The notes under the pieces were generated by a model. It did no database searches and was not told the DNA's origin. It was given only the letters and a program-made list of their open reading frames with translations. From the NCBI GenBank assembly GCA_026387315.1, contig JAPLLY010000049.1:11883-75882 (forward strand): a stretch of DNA of 64,000 nucleotides. The letters run 5' to 3'. Numbering within the stretch: position 1 is the first letter of the stretch; each line of letters opens with the position of its first letter. The position numbers and the translations under genes were made by a program. This DNA comes from Candidatus Omnitrophota bacterium (GTDB lineage: Bacteria; Omnitrophota; Gorgyraeia; Gygaellales; Profunditerraquicolaceae). Shown here piece after piece: positions 1 through 8,241 of the stretch.

Positions 1-2
1 GC

Positions 3-563
3 GCGGGGCCCAATAACTTTGATAGTAAATATTTGAAATACGAAGAGGTTAATTTTCTGGTGCGGGGAGCTAGTGATTGGAAAGATTACGGAAGGCTTGA
101 TCTTGAAGGCAATAATATGTTTTTTTTGCCCATCCGCAGCGGGATGAAAGTTGATGCTCTGCATCTTTTAGCAGGAGGCAATTATAGCAATAGCTATGAG
201 CACGATGGGTTAATGCGGTTATATGGAGACAAATATTTTTACGCTACTCTTACGGTTATTTTTGTTTATCAGGATGGCGTGTATCAAGAGCTTTGTGTTC
301 CGGTTTTCTGGGATTGGTTTCACATTGGCTCTGGCGCCTGGAGTAAGAATGGAGCAAGGATTAAGTCTTTGGGTGATAATCCGGTGCGTAAAGATTGCAA
401 TATGTTCCACATTAGTTTTGCCAACCCCAGGCCTTCGGAACCGCTAAAGAATATCCTGATTATGGACAGCTGGCTAGACGATCGTCCTTTTTCAGATGTT
501 TTTGCGGTGACCTTAAAGTCTCAAGATACACTGGAAGCAGAACCAAAAAAGGAAAAGTTATGA
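3..563 (+). CDS. hypothetical protein, C-terminal portion (frame open to left window edge)
   Basis: No in-frame stop lies between nt 3 and the TTG at 33, so the 176-aa track ORF is probably the tail of a longer protein. Its TGA overlaps the purD ATG (ATGA at 560-563). No family recognised. Confidence 0.5.
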   Translation, partial: AGPNNFDSKYLKYEEVNFLVRGASDWKDYGRLDLEGNNMFFLPIRSGMKVDALHLLAGGNYSNSYEHDGLMRLYGDKYFYATLTVIFVYQDGVYQELCVPVFWDWFHIGSGAWSKNGARIKSLGDNPVRKDCNMFHISFANPRPSEPLKNILIMDSWLDDRPFSDVFAVTLKSQDTLEAEPKKEKL

Positions 564-1834
564 GGATTTTAGTGGTTGGTTCAGGCGGCCGGGAGCATGC
601 GTTAGTTTGGAAGATTACGCAATCTAAATTGGTGGATAAGGTTTTCTGCGCTCCGGGCAACGGCGGAATAGCTCAAATTGCCGAAGGTATTGATATTCAA
701 GCTGATGATATTTTTGGATTGCTGGAATTTGCTAGAAAAGAAAAAATTGATCTTACTGTGGTAGGGCTGGAGAAGGCCTTAGCTTTAGGCCTGGTTGATG
801 AATTTACCAAAGCGGGCTTAAAAATTTTCGGGCCAAATAAATTAGCCGCGAATTTAGAGTCCAGTAAAGTTTTTTCCAAAGAGCTGATGGCTAGATATAA
901 AGTGCCAACTGCTGATTTTAAGATTTTCGACAGCCCGGATGCGGCAAATAAATATATTGAAAAAATAGGCGCTCCTTGCGTAGTTAAAGCTGATGGATTA
1001 GCCGCGGGTAAAGGGGTGGTAGTGGCCAAAACAGTTGATGAAGCTAAGTCTGCCGTGATTTCGATGATGCAAGATAAGGTTTTTGGTGACGCCGGCAAAA
1101 AGATAATTATTGAAGAGTGCCTGATGGGCCAGGAGGCTTCGATTTTGGTGATTACAGATTCTAAAGCAGTGGTGGTTTTAGCTAGCGCTCAGGATCATAA
1201 AAGAATATTTGACCATGACCAGGGCGCAAATACCGGGGGAATGGGCGCGTATTCACCGGCGCCAATTGTTAGTACGGATATTTTAAAAGAGGTGATGGAT
1301 AAAATAATTTATCGCGCCATTGACGGTTTAGCTCAAGAAGGAATTGATTACCGGGGAGTATTATATGCCGGTATAATGTTAACTAAAGAAGGTCCGCGAG
1401 CCTTAGAATTCAACGCGCGTTTTGGGGATCCGGAGGCCCAGGCCATCTTGCCCAGGCTAAAGTCCGATTTAGTGGAACTGATGCTGGCAGCCAGCGTGGG
1501 AAAGCTTTCTAAAATTGGGGCTTTAGAATGGGACAAGCGCGCCTGCGTGTGTGTAGTTTGCACCGCGGCAGGTTATCCGGGGGATTATGCTAAAGATAAA
1601 GAGATTAGCGGTTTAGATCAGGTTGCTAAATTAGACGATCTGGTTGTTTTTCATTCCGGTACTAAAAGGATTGGGGATAAAATTTTAACTAGCGGCGGCA
1701 GAGTTTTAGGGGTAACCGGATTAGGCGCGACCATTAAAGAAGCCATAAATAAGACTTACCAGGCAGTGGAGAAAATTAAATTCGAAGGGATGCATTATCG
1801 CAAGGATATAGGATACAAAGCATTAAAATCTTAA
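560..1834 (+). CDS. purD: phosphoribosylamine--glycine ligase
   Basis: 424 aa. MRILVVGSGGREHALVWK N-terminus, ATP-grasp core (GLAAGKGVVVA, EECLMGQEASILV) and C-terminal GGRVLGVTG are typical of PurD. Confidence 0.95.
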   Translation: MRILVVGSGGREHALVWKITQSKLVDKVFCAPGNGGIAQIAEGIDIQADDIFGLLEFARKEKIDLTVVGLEKALALGLVDEFTKAGLKIFGPNKLAANLESSKVFSKELMARYKVPTADFKIFDSPDAANKYIEKIGAPCVVKADGLAAGKGVVVAKTVDEAKSAVISMMQDKVFGDAGKKIIIEECLMGQEASILVITDSKAVVVLASAQDHKRIFDHDQGANTGGMGAYSPAPIVSTDILKEVMDKIIYRAIDGLAQEGIDYRGVLYAGIMLTKEGPRALEFNARFGDPEAQAILPRLKSDLVELMLAASVGKLSKIGALEWDKRACVCVVCTAAGYPGDYAKDKEISGLDQVAKLDDLVVFHSGTKRIGDKILTSGGRVLGVTGLGATIKEAINKTYQAVEKIKFEGMHYRKDIGYKALKS

Positions 1835-1917
1835 ATAAGCCCTAAGTCGTAAGTTGTAAGCCATAAGACGTAAGCTTACAGCTTAAAACTTACAGCTTAA
1901 AGCTTTTATTATTTTTT
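1835..1917 (+). terminator. family-E TAAGC-repeat hairpin plus T-run (putative purD terminator)
   Basis: Mirror-symmetric run of TAAG/GTAAG units centred on GTAAG|CTTAC (1870-1879), followed by CTTTTATTATTTTTT. Confidence 0.5.
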
Positions 1918-1936
1918 AACTTTCGAGGAGGTATTT

Positions 1937-2422
1937 ATGGCTAAAGCAATCAGTATTCTCATGGGAAGCCAGTCGGATTTAGAAACAGTTAATGAAACGA
2001 TTAATGTCTTAGAAGAATTTAAGGTAGGTTTTGAAGTTAAGGTTTTATCCGCGCACAGAACACCTAAAGAGGTGGCCCACTATGTGGAGTCAGCTCCTCA
2101 AAGCGGAACCAAGGTTTTTATTGCTGCCGCCGGAATGTCCGCGGCTTTAGCCGGGGTAGTCGCCGCGCATACCATTTTGCCGGTAATCGGCATACCGATT
2201 GAAACTAAAAATTTAAAAGGCCTGGATTCTCTCTTATCAACCGTACAGATGCCTCCAGGGGTTCCCGTGGCTTGCATGTCTATTGGTAAGGCCGGGGCAA
2301 AGAATGCCGCGCTTTTTGCTTTGGCGATACTGGGTATCAATGATACTAAAATCAGCGTTCAGCTGGTTAATTATAAAAAAAAGATGCGCCTTAAGATCAC
2401 ACAAACTAAAATTAAACTATGA
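1937..2422 (+). CDS. purE: N5-carboxyaminoimidazole ribonucleotide mutase
   Basis: 161 aa. Carries the PurE motifs GSQSDL, SAHRTP, AAGMSAALAGVVAA and PVIGIP. SD GAGGAGG lies upstream. Confidence 0.9.
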   Translation: MAKAISILMGSQSDLETVNETINVLEEFKVGFEVKVLSAHRTPKEVAHYVESAPQSGTKVFIAAAGMSAALAGVVAAHTILPVIGIPIETKNLKGLDSLLSTVQMPPGVPVACMSIGKAGAKNAALFALAILGINDTKISVQLVNYKKKMRLKITQTKIKL

Positions 2423-3480
2423 GTTTAACCAAAATTATTAAGATTAATCCCGCAGATCCTCAAGAGGAATCTATCCGTCAGGCAGCCAAAGTTTTAATTG
2501 ATGGTGGATTAGTGATTATTCCTACTGAGACGGTTTACGGGATTGCGGCGAATGCCTTGAATAAAAAGGCGCTGGAAAGGCTTTATAAGATAAAAAACCG
2601 GCCTCAGGATAAACCTTTTTCCATTTTGATCGCCCAAGAACATCAGGCGCGGGAACTGGCTCGCGATGTTCCCGTAGTAGCCTATAAATTGATGCATAAA
2701 TTTTGGCCGGGCCCGTTAACCGTGATATTAAAATCCGCCAGCCAGGGTAAAGTGGGTTTACGCATGCCGGATGATCTAGTGGCTTTAGCGATTATTAACC
2801 AGTCGGCAGTTCCCTTGGCCTGCCCCTCCGCGAATATTTCAGGTAAGCCAGCGCCGGCTAATTTTGAGCAAGCGATTAAAGATATGGATGGTTTGGTGGA
2901 TTTAGCGATTGATGCCGGTTTGACTAAAGTTGGCTCGGAGTCTACCGTGGTTGACCTAAGCATTGAACCGCCGCAGATAACCAGGAGCGGAGCGATTAAG
3001 GATGAAGAGATCCTGGCGATAATACAATCTAAGGATGTGCTTTTTGTTTGCACGGGAAACTCCTGCCGTTCGGTGATGGCAGAGGCGTATTTAAAGAAAC
3101 TTTTGCAAAAACAGCACAGAACGGATATCCAGGTTTCCTCCGCCGGAGTGATGGCCATGGCAGGCATAGGCGCCAGTGTAGAAACGCGGGAGGTCTTGGC
3201 AAAGGAGGGTATGGATGTCGAAGGCCATCGCAGCCAAAGAGTAACCCGGGAATTAGTGAGCCAGTCAGATATTATTTTGGTGATGGAGGATGCGCATGAG
3301 GATAAAATCCTGCAGCTTGCTCCGGAGGCAAAAAATAGACTTTTTTTATTAAAGGAATTTGCTAAAATAAATGACAGTAATTTGAATATCGCTGATCCTG
3401 CCGGGAGTTCTCTAGAGTTTTATCAGGACACTTTTTTAACGATTAAAGATGCCGTAGAAAGGATAAGTAAAATATTATGA
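2419..3480 (+). CDS. tsaC: L-threonylcarbamoyladenylate synthase (YrdC/TsaC domain) fused to a low-molecular-weight protein phosphatase domain
   Basis: The N-terminal ~200 aa form a YrdC fold (PTETVYGIAANA, KNRPQDKPFSIL, WPGPLT, SANISG). The C-terminal ~150 aa carry the LMW-PTP P-loop VCTGNSCRSVMAE and DP motifs. The ATG overlaps the purE stop (ATGA). Confidence 0.85.
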   Translation: MSLTKIIKINPADPQEESIRQAAKVLIDGGLVIIPTETVYGIAANALNKKALERLYKIKNRPQDKPFSILIAQEHQARELARDVPVVAYKLMHKFWPGPLTVILKSASQGKVGLRMPDDLVALAIINQSAVPLACPSANISGKPAPANFEQAIKDMDGLVDLAIDAGLTKVGSESTVVDLSIEPPQITRSGAIKDEEILAIIQSKDVLFVCTGNSCRSVMAEAYLKKLLQKQHRTDIQVSSAGVMAMAGIGASVETREVLAKEGMDVEGHRSQRVTRELVSQSDIILVMEDAHEDKILQLAPEAKNRLFLLKEFAKINDSNLNIADPAGSSLEFYQDTFLTIKDAVERISKIL

Positions 3481-3553
3481 GTCCCGCACCTTCTAATTAT
3501 TCTACTAAAGCCATAGGGTTTAAAGAATTAAATAAGAAAGAAGGTGCGGGGTG
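3481..3553 (+). repeat. family-A inverted-repeat element (CCCGCACCTTCT ... AGAAGGTGCGGGG) carrying the rpiB SD and GTG start
   Basis: The 5' arm 3483-3494 is the perfect complement of the 3' arm 3539-3550. The tsaC TGA (3478-3480) abuts the 5' arm. The GTG start of rpiB (3551) is formed by the last G of the 3' arm. Confidence 0.8.
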
Positions 3554-4009
3554 AACAAGCTATTGATTGCTTCAGACCATGCCGGATTTGTTTTGAAAGA
3601 AAAAATAAAAGCCTATCTTCAAAAGAAGGCAATCAGCGTAAAAGATTTAGGCACTTATTCTTTAGAGCGCTGCGATTATCCGGTGTATGCTTATGAATTA
3701 GCTAAAAATATTTCTTTAGGTAAATTCAAACGTGGCATATTAATTTGTAAAAGCGGTGTTGGTACTTCGATTGTAGCCAACAGATTGCCGGGGGTACGCG
3801 CCGCGCTTTGCGATAATCTTAAGATCGCTAAGCTTAGCCGTCAGCATAATGACAGCAATGTTCTGGTTTTGGGGTCGGCATTTGTAAAAGCGGATTTAGC
3901 CAAAAGAATGGTTTCATCTTGGTTAAATACCAAGTTTTTAAGGGGTAGGCATTTAAGGAGAATAAAATTAATTAACCAGATCGATAAAAACATAGATACC
4001 CCGCGCTAA
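3551..4009 (+). CDS. rpiB: ribose-5-phosphate isomerase B
   Basis: 152 aa. The sequences IASDHAGFVLKE, ICKSGVGTSIVANR and NVLVLG are typical of RpiB/LacAB. Confidence 0.9.
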   Translation: MNKLLIASDHAGFVLKEKIKAYLQKKAISVKDLGTYSLERCDYPVYAYELAKNISLGKFKRGILICKSGVGTSIVANRLPGVRAALCDNLKIAKLSRQHNDSNVLVLGSAFVKADLAKRMVSSWLNTKFLRGRHLRRIKLINQIDKNIDTPR

Positions 4010-4046
4010 TTGGAATTACGCGGGTGTTGTCTAGGTAGACAAGGAG
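3996..4046 (+). repeat. family-C double-hairpin intercistronic element
   Basis: Hairpin 1 is ACCCCGCGC-TAATTGGAATTA-CGCGGGTGT with the rpiB TAA (4007-4009) in the loop. Hairpin 2 is TTGTCT-AGGT-AGACAA (4027-4042). AAGGAG (4041-4046) follows. Confidence 0.75.
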
Positions 4047-4055
4047 TTGCGCAAA

Positions 4056-5297
4056 GTGAAACATTTAGAAGATGTGGACCCGGAGATTTTCGCGGCGATT
4101 CAAAAAGAATTAGCCCGTCAGAATAATAATTTAGAGCTGATTGCCTCGGAGAATTTCGCTTCTTTGGCGGTTTTGGAGGCGCAGGGTTCAGTGTTAACCA
4201 ATAAATACGCTGAAGGGTACCCTGATAAACGTTGGTATGGCGGATGCGAATATGTGGATATTGTGGAGAGCCTGGCAATCGCGCGGGTCAAAAGCATTTT
4301 TGGCGCGGAACATGCCAATGTCCAGCCGCATTCCGGCTCGCAGGCGAATATGGCAGTGTATTTCGCGGCGATTAATCCGGGGGATACGGTTTTGGCGATG
4401 GATTTATCCGCCGGAGGGCATCTTACGCATGGCCATCCGCATAATTTTTCCGGTAAATTTTATAAAATAGTGGGTTATGGTGTGGATAAGAAAACCGAGA
4501 CCTTGGATTATGATCTGATTATGGAATTAGCTAAGCTGCATAGGCCTAAGATGATTTTGGCCGGGGCTTCGGCATATCCCCGGACAATTGATTTTAAAAA
4601 ATTCCGCCAGATTGCCGATGTCGTGGGGGCGTATTTGTTCGTGGATATGGCGCATATTGCCGGCTTGGTGGCCGCGGGTTTACATCCATCACCAGTGCCT
4701 TATGCGGAGTTTGTTACTTCTACGACGCATAAGACTTTACGCGGCCCGCGCGGAGGATTCATCTTATGTAAAAAAGAATTTGCTAAAAAGATTGACAGCC
4801 AGATTTTTCCCGGAATTCAGGGCGGGCCATTGATGCATGTGATTGCCGCTAAGGCCGTAGCCTTTGGCGAGGCGATGACCGCGGAATTTAAACAGTATCA
4901 GCTGCAGTTGTTGAAAAATGCCGTGGAGTTAGCGGGTGCTTTAGAGAAAAAAGGTTTTCGTATTGTTTCCGGAGGCACGGATACGCATTTAATGCTGGTA
5001 GATTTAAATGCCAAAAATGTCACCGGGGCGGATGCTTCAAAAATTCTAGGTGAAGTTAATATTACGGTGAATAAGAACCTTATTCCTTTTGATTTAAAGA
5101 GCCCGGCCGTTACCAGCGGCATCCGGCTGGGTACCGCGGCAATAAGTACCCGTAAAATGCAAGAGGCCCAGATGCGCCAAATTGCCGGGCTAATTAATGA
5201 CGCGCTGGAAAATCCGGCTAATCCGGAAAAATTAGCGCAACTGAAAAAAGAGGTAGTTGCCCTAACCAAGAAATTTCCATTATATACGGAGTTATAA
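4056..5297 (+). CDS. glyA: serine hydroxymethyltransferase
   Basis: SHMT motifs are [30 protein letters not shown]. The track start TTG 4047 directly abuts the SD AAGGAG. GTG 4056 has normal spacing, so I prefer it; 4047 is the alternative. Confidence 0.93.
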   Translation: MKHLEDVDPEIFAAIQKELARQNNNLELIASENFASLAVLEAQGSVLTNKYAEGYPDKRWYGGCEYVDIVESLAIARVKSIFGAEHANVQPHSGSQANMAVYFAAINPGDTVLAMDLSAGGHLTHGHPHNFSGKFYKIVGYGVDKKTETLDYDLIMELAKLHRPKMILAGASAYPRTIDFKKFRQIADVVGAYLFVDMAHIAGLVAAGLHPSPVPYAEFVTSTTHKTLRGPRGGFILCKKEFAKKIDSQIFPGIQGGPLMHVIAAKAVAFGEAMTAEFKQYQLQLLKNAVELAGALEKKGFRIVSGGTDTHLMLVDLNAKNVTGADASKILGEVNITVNKNLIPFDLKSPAVTSGIRLGTAAISTRKMQEAQMRQIAGLINDALENPANPEKLAQLKKEVVALTKKFPLYTEL

Positions 5298-5758
5298 TGA
5301 GAAAAAAGACTATTGCGCGGCGCCGGCCCACTTGGGATGAATATTTTTTAGAGATGGCAGGGTTAGTGGCCAAGCGTTCTACCTGTTTGCGCCGCAGTGT
5401 GGGGGCAGTTTTAGTCAGGGAGAAAAGAATTTTGGCTACCGGTTACAATGGCGCGCCCAGTGGATTAAAACACTGCGTGGAAGTTGGCTGCTTGCGTTTA
5501 AAATTAAAAATTCCTTCGGGAGAGCGCCATGAATTATGCCGCGCCCTGCATGCCGAGCAGAACGCGCTTATTCAGTCGTCTTTGCACGGCATCAGTGTTA
5601 AAGGCGCCACATTATACGCCACTAATCAGCCGTGCGTGATTTGCGCTAAAATGCTGATTAACGCCGGGATAAAAGAAATCGTCATCGCCCAAGGTTACCC
5701 GGATAAGCTGGCCATGGATTTTTTAAAGCAGGCAAAAATTAAAATAAGGAAAATATAA
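5297..5758 (+). CDS. comEB: deoxycytidylate (dCMP) deaminase, ComEB-like
   Basis: 153 aa. Zinc-binding HAEQNAL and PCVICAKML motifs are present. The start overlaps the glyA stop (TAATG). Confidence 0.85.
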   Translation: MRKKTIARRRPTWDEYFLEMAGLVAKRSTCLRRSVGAVLVREKRILATGYNGAPSGLKHCVEVGCLRLKLKIPSGERHELCRALHAEQNALIQSSLHGISVKGATLYATNQPCVICAKMLINAGIKEIVIAQGYPDKLAMDFLKQAKIKIRKI

Positions 5759-5794
5759 AATGCGGTCCCCGTCTTGCGGAAAGGTGACTGAAAA

Positions 5795-5833
5795 GAAAGG
5801 TGACTGTCACGTTTTTTGTGACTGTCACCTTTC
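5795..5833 (+). terminator. hairpin after the dCMP deaminase gene
   Basis: GAAAGGTGACTGTCAC-GTTTTTT-GTGACTGTCACCTTTC, with one central mismatch. A TATAAT at 5837-5842 follows, so it may also overlap the nrdR promoter. Confidence 0.45.
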
Positions 5834-5873
5834 CAGTATAATAGTATTGAATAATAAGAAAGGAATAGCTTAG

Positions 5874-6341
5874 GTGAGGTGTCCTTCTTGCGGAAATAAA
5901 GAAGATAAGGTGGTGGATTCCCGCGCTACAGCCGAGGAGTCAGCCGTCAGGCGCAGAAGAGAGTGTTTAAAGTGCGGCAAGCGGTTTACTACCTATGAAT
6001 ACGTGGAAGAGGTTTCTTTGCTGGTGATTAAGAAAGACGGCCGCCGAGAGGCCTTTGACCGCAAAAAGATTTTGGCTGGCATAATTCGCGCTTGCGAGAA
6101 AAGGCCGGTGAGCGTGGAGAAGATGGAAAATGTGGTTACCCAGGTTGAGCACTCCATCCAGAAAAAAAGCGATCGGGAAGTTCTAGCCAGCCGGATCGGC
6201 GAGCTGGTTATGGAGAAACTAAAATTAATTGACGACGTAGCCTACGTGCGCTTTGCTTCCGTATATCGCCAGTTTAAAGATGTGGGCCAATTCATGGTGG
6301 AGTTAAAGGATATTTTGGGCAAAGATAAAAAGAAGAGATAA
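5874..6341 (+). CDS. nrdR: transcriptional repressor NrdR
   Basis: 155 aa. N-terminal zinc ribbon MRCPSCG...CLKCGKRFTTYE plus an ATP-cone (VIKKDGRREAFDRKKI). Confidence 0.95.
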   Translation: MRCPSCGNKEDKVVDSRATAEESAVRRRRECLKCGKRFTTYEYVEEVSLLVIKKDGRREAFDRKKILAGIIRACEKRPVSVEKMENVVTQVEHSIQKKSDREVLASRIGELVMEKLKLIDDVAYVRFASVYRQFKDVGQFMVELKDILGKDKKKR

Positions 6342-6430
6342 GGGCTAGTTGGTCCTGAAAACACCCAAGCCACCCGCTAGCTGCGCATTTTGAGTTTGCC
6401 CAGAATAAGGTGCGGAAGTAAAGGTGGGAG

Positions 6431-6465
6431 GGGGCAGTTCTTGAATGAGGGCTGCCCCTTTTTTA
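6431..6465 (+). terminator. rho-independent terminator after nrdR
   Basis: GGGGCAG-13 nt-CTGCCCC followed by TTTTTTATTT. Confidence 0.6.
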
Positions 6466-6519
6466 TTTAGTTAGATTTTGCTAGCTCTTACGTCTATTGG
6501 CAGTAGAAGGAGGAATAAA

Positions 6520-7023
6520 ATGACTGATTTGATACCTATCGAATTGATATCAACCAAGATTTTGATATTAAGAGGGAAAAGAGTAATGTTGGATAAGGAT
6601 CTTGCTAAACTTTATGCTGTGCCTACAAAGGTTCTAAATCAATCTGTAAAAAGAAATATAAGGCGCTTCCCGATTGATTTTATGTTTCAATTAACAAAGT
6701 TAGAAAAATTGGAACTGGTCACAATTTGTGACCGGTTCAGGCTTTTGAAACATTCGACTGTTGAGCCTTATGTTTTCACAGAACAGGGCGTAGCGATGTT
6801 ATCAAGTGTGTTAAATAGCGAAAGAGCCATTTTGGTGAATATCCAGATTATGCGCGCATTCACTCAATTGCGCAGAATGCTTTTAACTAATGTAGATCTC
6901 AAGCGTAAAATTGAAGAAATGGAGCGTAAATATGATAAGCAATTCTTGATTGTTTTTAAAGTTATAAAGGAGCTCTTGGAGCCTCAGCCTATCCCTAATA
7001 AACCACCAATTGGATTCCGTTAA
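6520..7023 (+). CDS. ORF6N/ORF6C (KilA-N-like) DNA-binding protein
   Basis: RGKRVMLDKDLAKLYAVPTKVLNQSVKRNIRRFPIDFMFQL and FTEQGVAMLSSVL are typical of the ORF6N domain. ATG 6520 follows GGAGGA; the track start 6478 is less likely. Confidence 0.8.
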   Translation: MTDLIPIELISTKILILRGKRVMLDKDLAKLYAVPTKVLNQSVKRNIRRFPIDFMFQLTKLEKLELVTICDRFRLLKHSTVEPYVFTEQGVAMLSSVLNSERAILVNIQIMRAFTQLRRMLLTNVDLKRKIEEMERKYDKQFLIVFKVIKELLEPQPIPNKPPIGFR

Positions 7024-7033
7024 GTCAACACAG

Positions 7034-7231
7034 ATGAATATCGGGGAACAAATAGCGCAATTAAGGCATAAGGCAAGAATGAGCCAATTGGAACTGGCTA
7101 AGAAAGTCTCTACCAGCAGAACCGCTATAGCCCGCTATGAAAGTGGAGATTACAATAGATATAACGTGGGTACTTTGGCCAGAATCGCCCGGGCTTTGCA
7201 TAAGAGACTGAAAATATCATTTTCTGCTTAG
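7034..7231 (+). CDS. XRE-family helix-turn-helix regulator (possible controller protein)
   Basis: IGEQIAQLRHKARMSQLELAKKVSTSRTAIARYESG is a classic Cro/C1 HTH. ATG 7034 is preferred over the track start 7010. Confidence 0.75.
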   Translation: MNIGEQIAQLRHKARMSQLELAKKVSTSRTAIARYESGDYNRYNVGTLARIARALHKRLKISFSA

Positions 7232-7241
7232 CTTCTCGTAA

Positions 7242-7278
7242 TTACATCTTCCACAAAATGTAAAGCCATAAATTACAT
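7242..7278. promoter_or_regulatory. three TTACAT/ATGTAA half-sites between the XRE gene and the DpnI-like gene
   Basis: TTACAT (7242-7247), ATGTAA (7258-7263) and TTACAT (7273-7278), spaced 10 and 9 nt apart. Operator-like arrangement. Confidence 0.3.
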
Positions 7279-7455
7279 TGAAACCATGTCAAAAGAGAGT
7301 AAAATAAAAGTATCAAATATAGAAGTTAAGCAGGTAAATATATGATAGATGATCTAGAGTGGTATCGTTTGAAGGGGGAACTGCCACGTAAAAATAATTA
7401 AAACATTCGCTAGGAATAGCGGAGGTTTCTTGTTTTTTGAGGAGTAATTTTATAA

Positions 7456-8226
7456 ATGAAATTGGCTTTTAATAAACAGATTGCGCAGTCATATCACAGT
7501 GTTTCTCAGAAAATTCGTGTAATGGCGGAAGATTGGGTTAGCCGCGAAATCTTTTGTCCCGCCTGTGGTTGTAACATTAAACATTACGAAAATAACAGAC
7601 CTGTTGCTGATTTCTTTTGTTTAGATTGTAAAGAAGAATTTGAGTTAAAAAGTAAAAAGGATTCTATTGGTAACAAAATTGTAGATGGCGCGTATAGAAC
7701 GATGATTGAGCGGCTGCAAAGTAATAATAATCCTAATTTTTTCTTTCTAAATTATCACCTAAGAAGTTTTGAGGCCATAAATTTTTTCGTTATACCAAAG
7801 CATTTTTTTGTACCGCAGATAATTGAGAAAAGAAAACCTCTCGCTTTATCGGCAAGAAGAGCCGGTTGGATTGGATGTAATATTCTTCTGCAAAGAATCC
7901 CAGTTTCAGGAAGAATATTTTTGGTTAAGAACGCCCATGTTGAGTCGAAACAAAAAGTTCTTCGGGATTGGAAAAAGACCTTATTTTTAAGAGAAGAAAA
8001 AGATATAAAATCAAAAGGTTGGATTATTGATGTAATGAATTGTATCGAGCAGTTGGCCAAAAAAGAATTTACTCTTGATGAAGTTTATAATTTTGAAGCT
8101 GTTTTGCAGACCAAACACCAGAGCAATAGGCATATTAAAGACAAAATCCGCCAGCAGTTGCAGGTGCTTAGAGATAAAGGTTATTTGGAATTCGTTAGAA
8201 AAGGGCAATATAGAGTAATAAAGTAG
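7456..8226 (+). CDS. DpnI-like methyl-directed type IIM restriction endonuclease
   Basis: 256 aa. Long collinear matches to DpnI as I remember it: YCPxCG...NRPVADFxCxxCxEEFELKSKK, DGAYxTMxxRxQxxNNPNFFFL, RKPLAxxARRAGWIGCNI, GRIFLV, and a C-terminal winged helix HIKxKIRQQLQxLRDK. Confidence 0.85.
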   Translation: MKLAFNKQIAQSYHSVSQKIRVMAEDWVSREIFCPACGCNIKHYENNRPVADFFCLDCKEEFELKSKKDSIGNKIVDGAYRTMIERLQSNNNPNFFFLNYHLRSFEAINFFVIPKHFFVPQIIEKRKPLALSARRAGWIGCNILLQRIPVSGRIFLVKNAHVESKQKVLRDWKKTLFLREEKDIKSKGWIIDVMNCIEQLAKKEFTLDEVYNFEAVLQTKHQSNRHIKDKIRQQLQVLRDKGYLEFVRKGQYRVIK

Positions 8227-8241
8227 ATTAAGGAATTAATT

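Noticed and set aside
6361-6420. Similarity between the nrdR downstream region and element X2 (shared TAGCGGGTGGC and CTCAAAA words) as evidence of a sixth repeat family
   Set aside because: The shared words are short and in a different order in the two loci. This is insufficient without a statistical alignment, so it is mentioned only as a lead.
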